Origin: Neoechinorhynchus agilis
Lineage: Eukaryota; Animalia; Acanthocephala
DNA: 64,000 bases
Direction: 5' to 3'
Assembly (NCBI GenBank): GCA_051530055.1
Contig: CM121342.1
Location: forward strand, 406,797-470,796
Below are positions 62,319 through 64,000 of the stretch, in pieces; within the stretch, counting starts at the first letter, position 1, and each line of letters starts with the position of its first letter. The notes under the pieces are model-generated. The model was not told the DNA's origin, ran no database searches, and worked only from the letters and a program-made list of their open reading frames with translations. Made by a program: the position numbers and the translations under genes.

Positions 62319-64000
62319 GAATAAACATGAGGGTGTTGGGAAAAGAGGATTTCCATAATATCTACGGAAGCAATGTTGGCGGGGAAAATAGAGCAGGCGG
62401 ATTTTATTTGTTTACAGAAAGCGGGACGAGAACCAACTATTCGCCTCCCAGTTTTTAAGGAATTTATATTGAATCCTACAACTAGTAACCAAAGCGTAGG
62501 ACAAATCGGATTTTCGGGGGCTATAAACTTATTTGAGTGAACCTTAACCCTAGACTTCTTTTTCAATACAAAGATGAATTTTTGGCAGTGCAATTCATCG
62601 CAGTTAGCAATATGCTGCTAAATAGAGATGACCGAATGATTCTGGCGAATATCTATATTCCACCCCGTAAAGTATCTAATTTTCTTAAATACAAGGTTAA
62701 ATGGTTTAATGAATGGTCCTTGGACATTGTAATAAGTTATTTCGATTCGAACGGGTTAGTTTCGTTTTCTGCCCGGAAACCCATTTATGATTTTATTCTA
62801 GCACCATACCCTTCCTTTCATAACTACTCAAAAAACGCACATTCGTTTTTAGACGCATGTCTTATTAAAAAAAAGTTTTAATATACAGGCAAAGGTTACT
62901 ACTCAATTTTTTGAACAGAAATTGATGAGGTATGACATGATAGTCTACAGAGTAGGAAGGGCGGATCTAAAAGCTCGGGTAGTTCTGGATGCAAAGAGAA
63001 TTCAAGAATTTAATAATACAATAGGGGGACATACAGAGGAAGCGATATCATTGTCTGCGATCAACCCAATTATATTCGATGCTTCTGATGCTCATCTTTT
63101 AACTCATTTACCGGAACATCTTCGACGTCCGTCGAAGGGAGCTAACTCCTTACTTCGAATGGCAGTTATTGCCGAAGTCTAGGGGGACATAAAGCTTTGC
63201 AAATTTTGTAAAGAAAAATTTTATAAAAAATTTTATTGGAAAGAAATTGAAAACGACCAGAAGAAAATTTTTTCAACTAAAAAACTAAGTCATTTTGAAA
63301 TATACTTTTAAAGCGAAGATGGTGTGACTGGAAAATTAGGGCGTCGAAGTGGATTGGGTCTATTTCTTACGAGGAGGTTATAGCCCAAATTTTAAGGCGT
63401 AATCTTTTTGGAGTATCTTCAATGCCATCATGGAGCCCGCCCTTGAGAAGCAGAATATCAATGGAAATTGACAAAGAATCTTTGCTTTGTTTCTGGGGAA
63501 GAAGTGACTCGGGAGCTGATAACACTCTATCTTGTTCTATAAAAAAGTTTTTAACGTTGTAAATATTAATAACCGAAATAAACTCTTGGATAAATGGAAT
63601 AAAAGATAAAGTTTCGAGGATTTAAAGGAGATAAATAGGGTTAAAAAAGTTATTATACCGAAAAATTAAAAGATGATTGAATCTTCGGCGGACGTTAGAT
63701 TGATCGCTAAAAGATAAAGTTTCGAGGATTTAAAGGAGATAAATAGGGTTAAAAAAGTTATTATACCGAAAAATAAAAAGATGATCGAATCTTCGGCGGA
63801 CGTTAGATTGATCGCTATACAAAATCCAATCATCTCCTTAGTTGAAAAGGTAGTGAACCCCAAGCTCCTTAATTTTATCATGTTTAAAAAGTTATTCCCG
63901 AACAACTATCATGGCTTTATTCCTGGTAGGGGAATATGAACTCTTATGCATGAATTAAATGAATTAAACAACAGTCTTATAGGTGTGAACAAAATTTTAC
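62319..64000 (+). mobile_element. I-group-like LINE, APE and start of RT, decayed; runs off the right edge
   Basis: ADFICLQ, NIYIPP, YPSFHNYSKNAHSFLD, IAIQNPIISLVEK..YHGFIPGRG. Confidence 0.8.
63601..63816. repeat. 108-bp tandem duplication inside the LINE
   Basis: aaaagataaagtttcgaggattt...gacgttagattgatcgct repeated at 63601 and 63709, with 2 substitutions seen. Confidence 0.9.

Noticed and set aside
59357-62593. Several ORFs antisense to the Penelope ORF (e.g. 60758-61375, 62003-62593)
   Set aside because: They are shadow frames of the element and its inverted arm.

Overview
Eukaryotic (metazoan, probably spiralian/invertebrate - inference) genomic window with very short GT-AG introns (many ~30-60 nt). 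Host genes: a Pro-rich repeat protein (partial, left edge), a multi-exon ADAMTS9/20/GON-1-type protease with 15 TSP1 repeats and no visible GON domain, a small acidic secreted protein, an SLC52 (riboflavin) transporter, an FLVCR/SLC49 transporter, a 2-exon orphan secreted protein and an intronless calcineurin-B-like protein. From ~20 kb on, most sequence is nested retroelements: I-group LINEs, CR1, RTE, CRE-clade, Ty3/Gypsy and Penelope-like. Main observations: (1) a tandem duplication (34702-46835 vs 46836-52945) with reciprocal gene loss, which puts the SLC52 promoter/ATG in front of FLVCR and fuses the FLVCR promoter and first 19 codons in frame to an RTE ORF; (2) a very young Penelope-like element with ~1 kb inverted repeats, each carrying a minimal hammerhead ribozyme; (3) several foldback, hairpin and template-switch structures. 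All coordinates were read by eye; element boundaries are approximate unless a junction is quoted.
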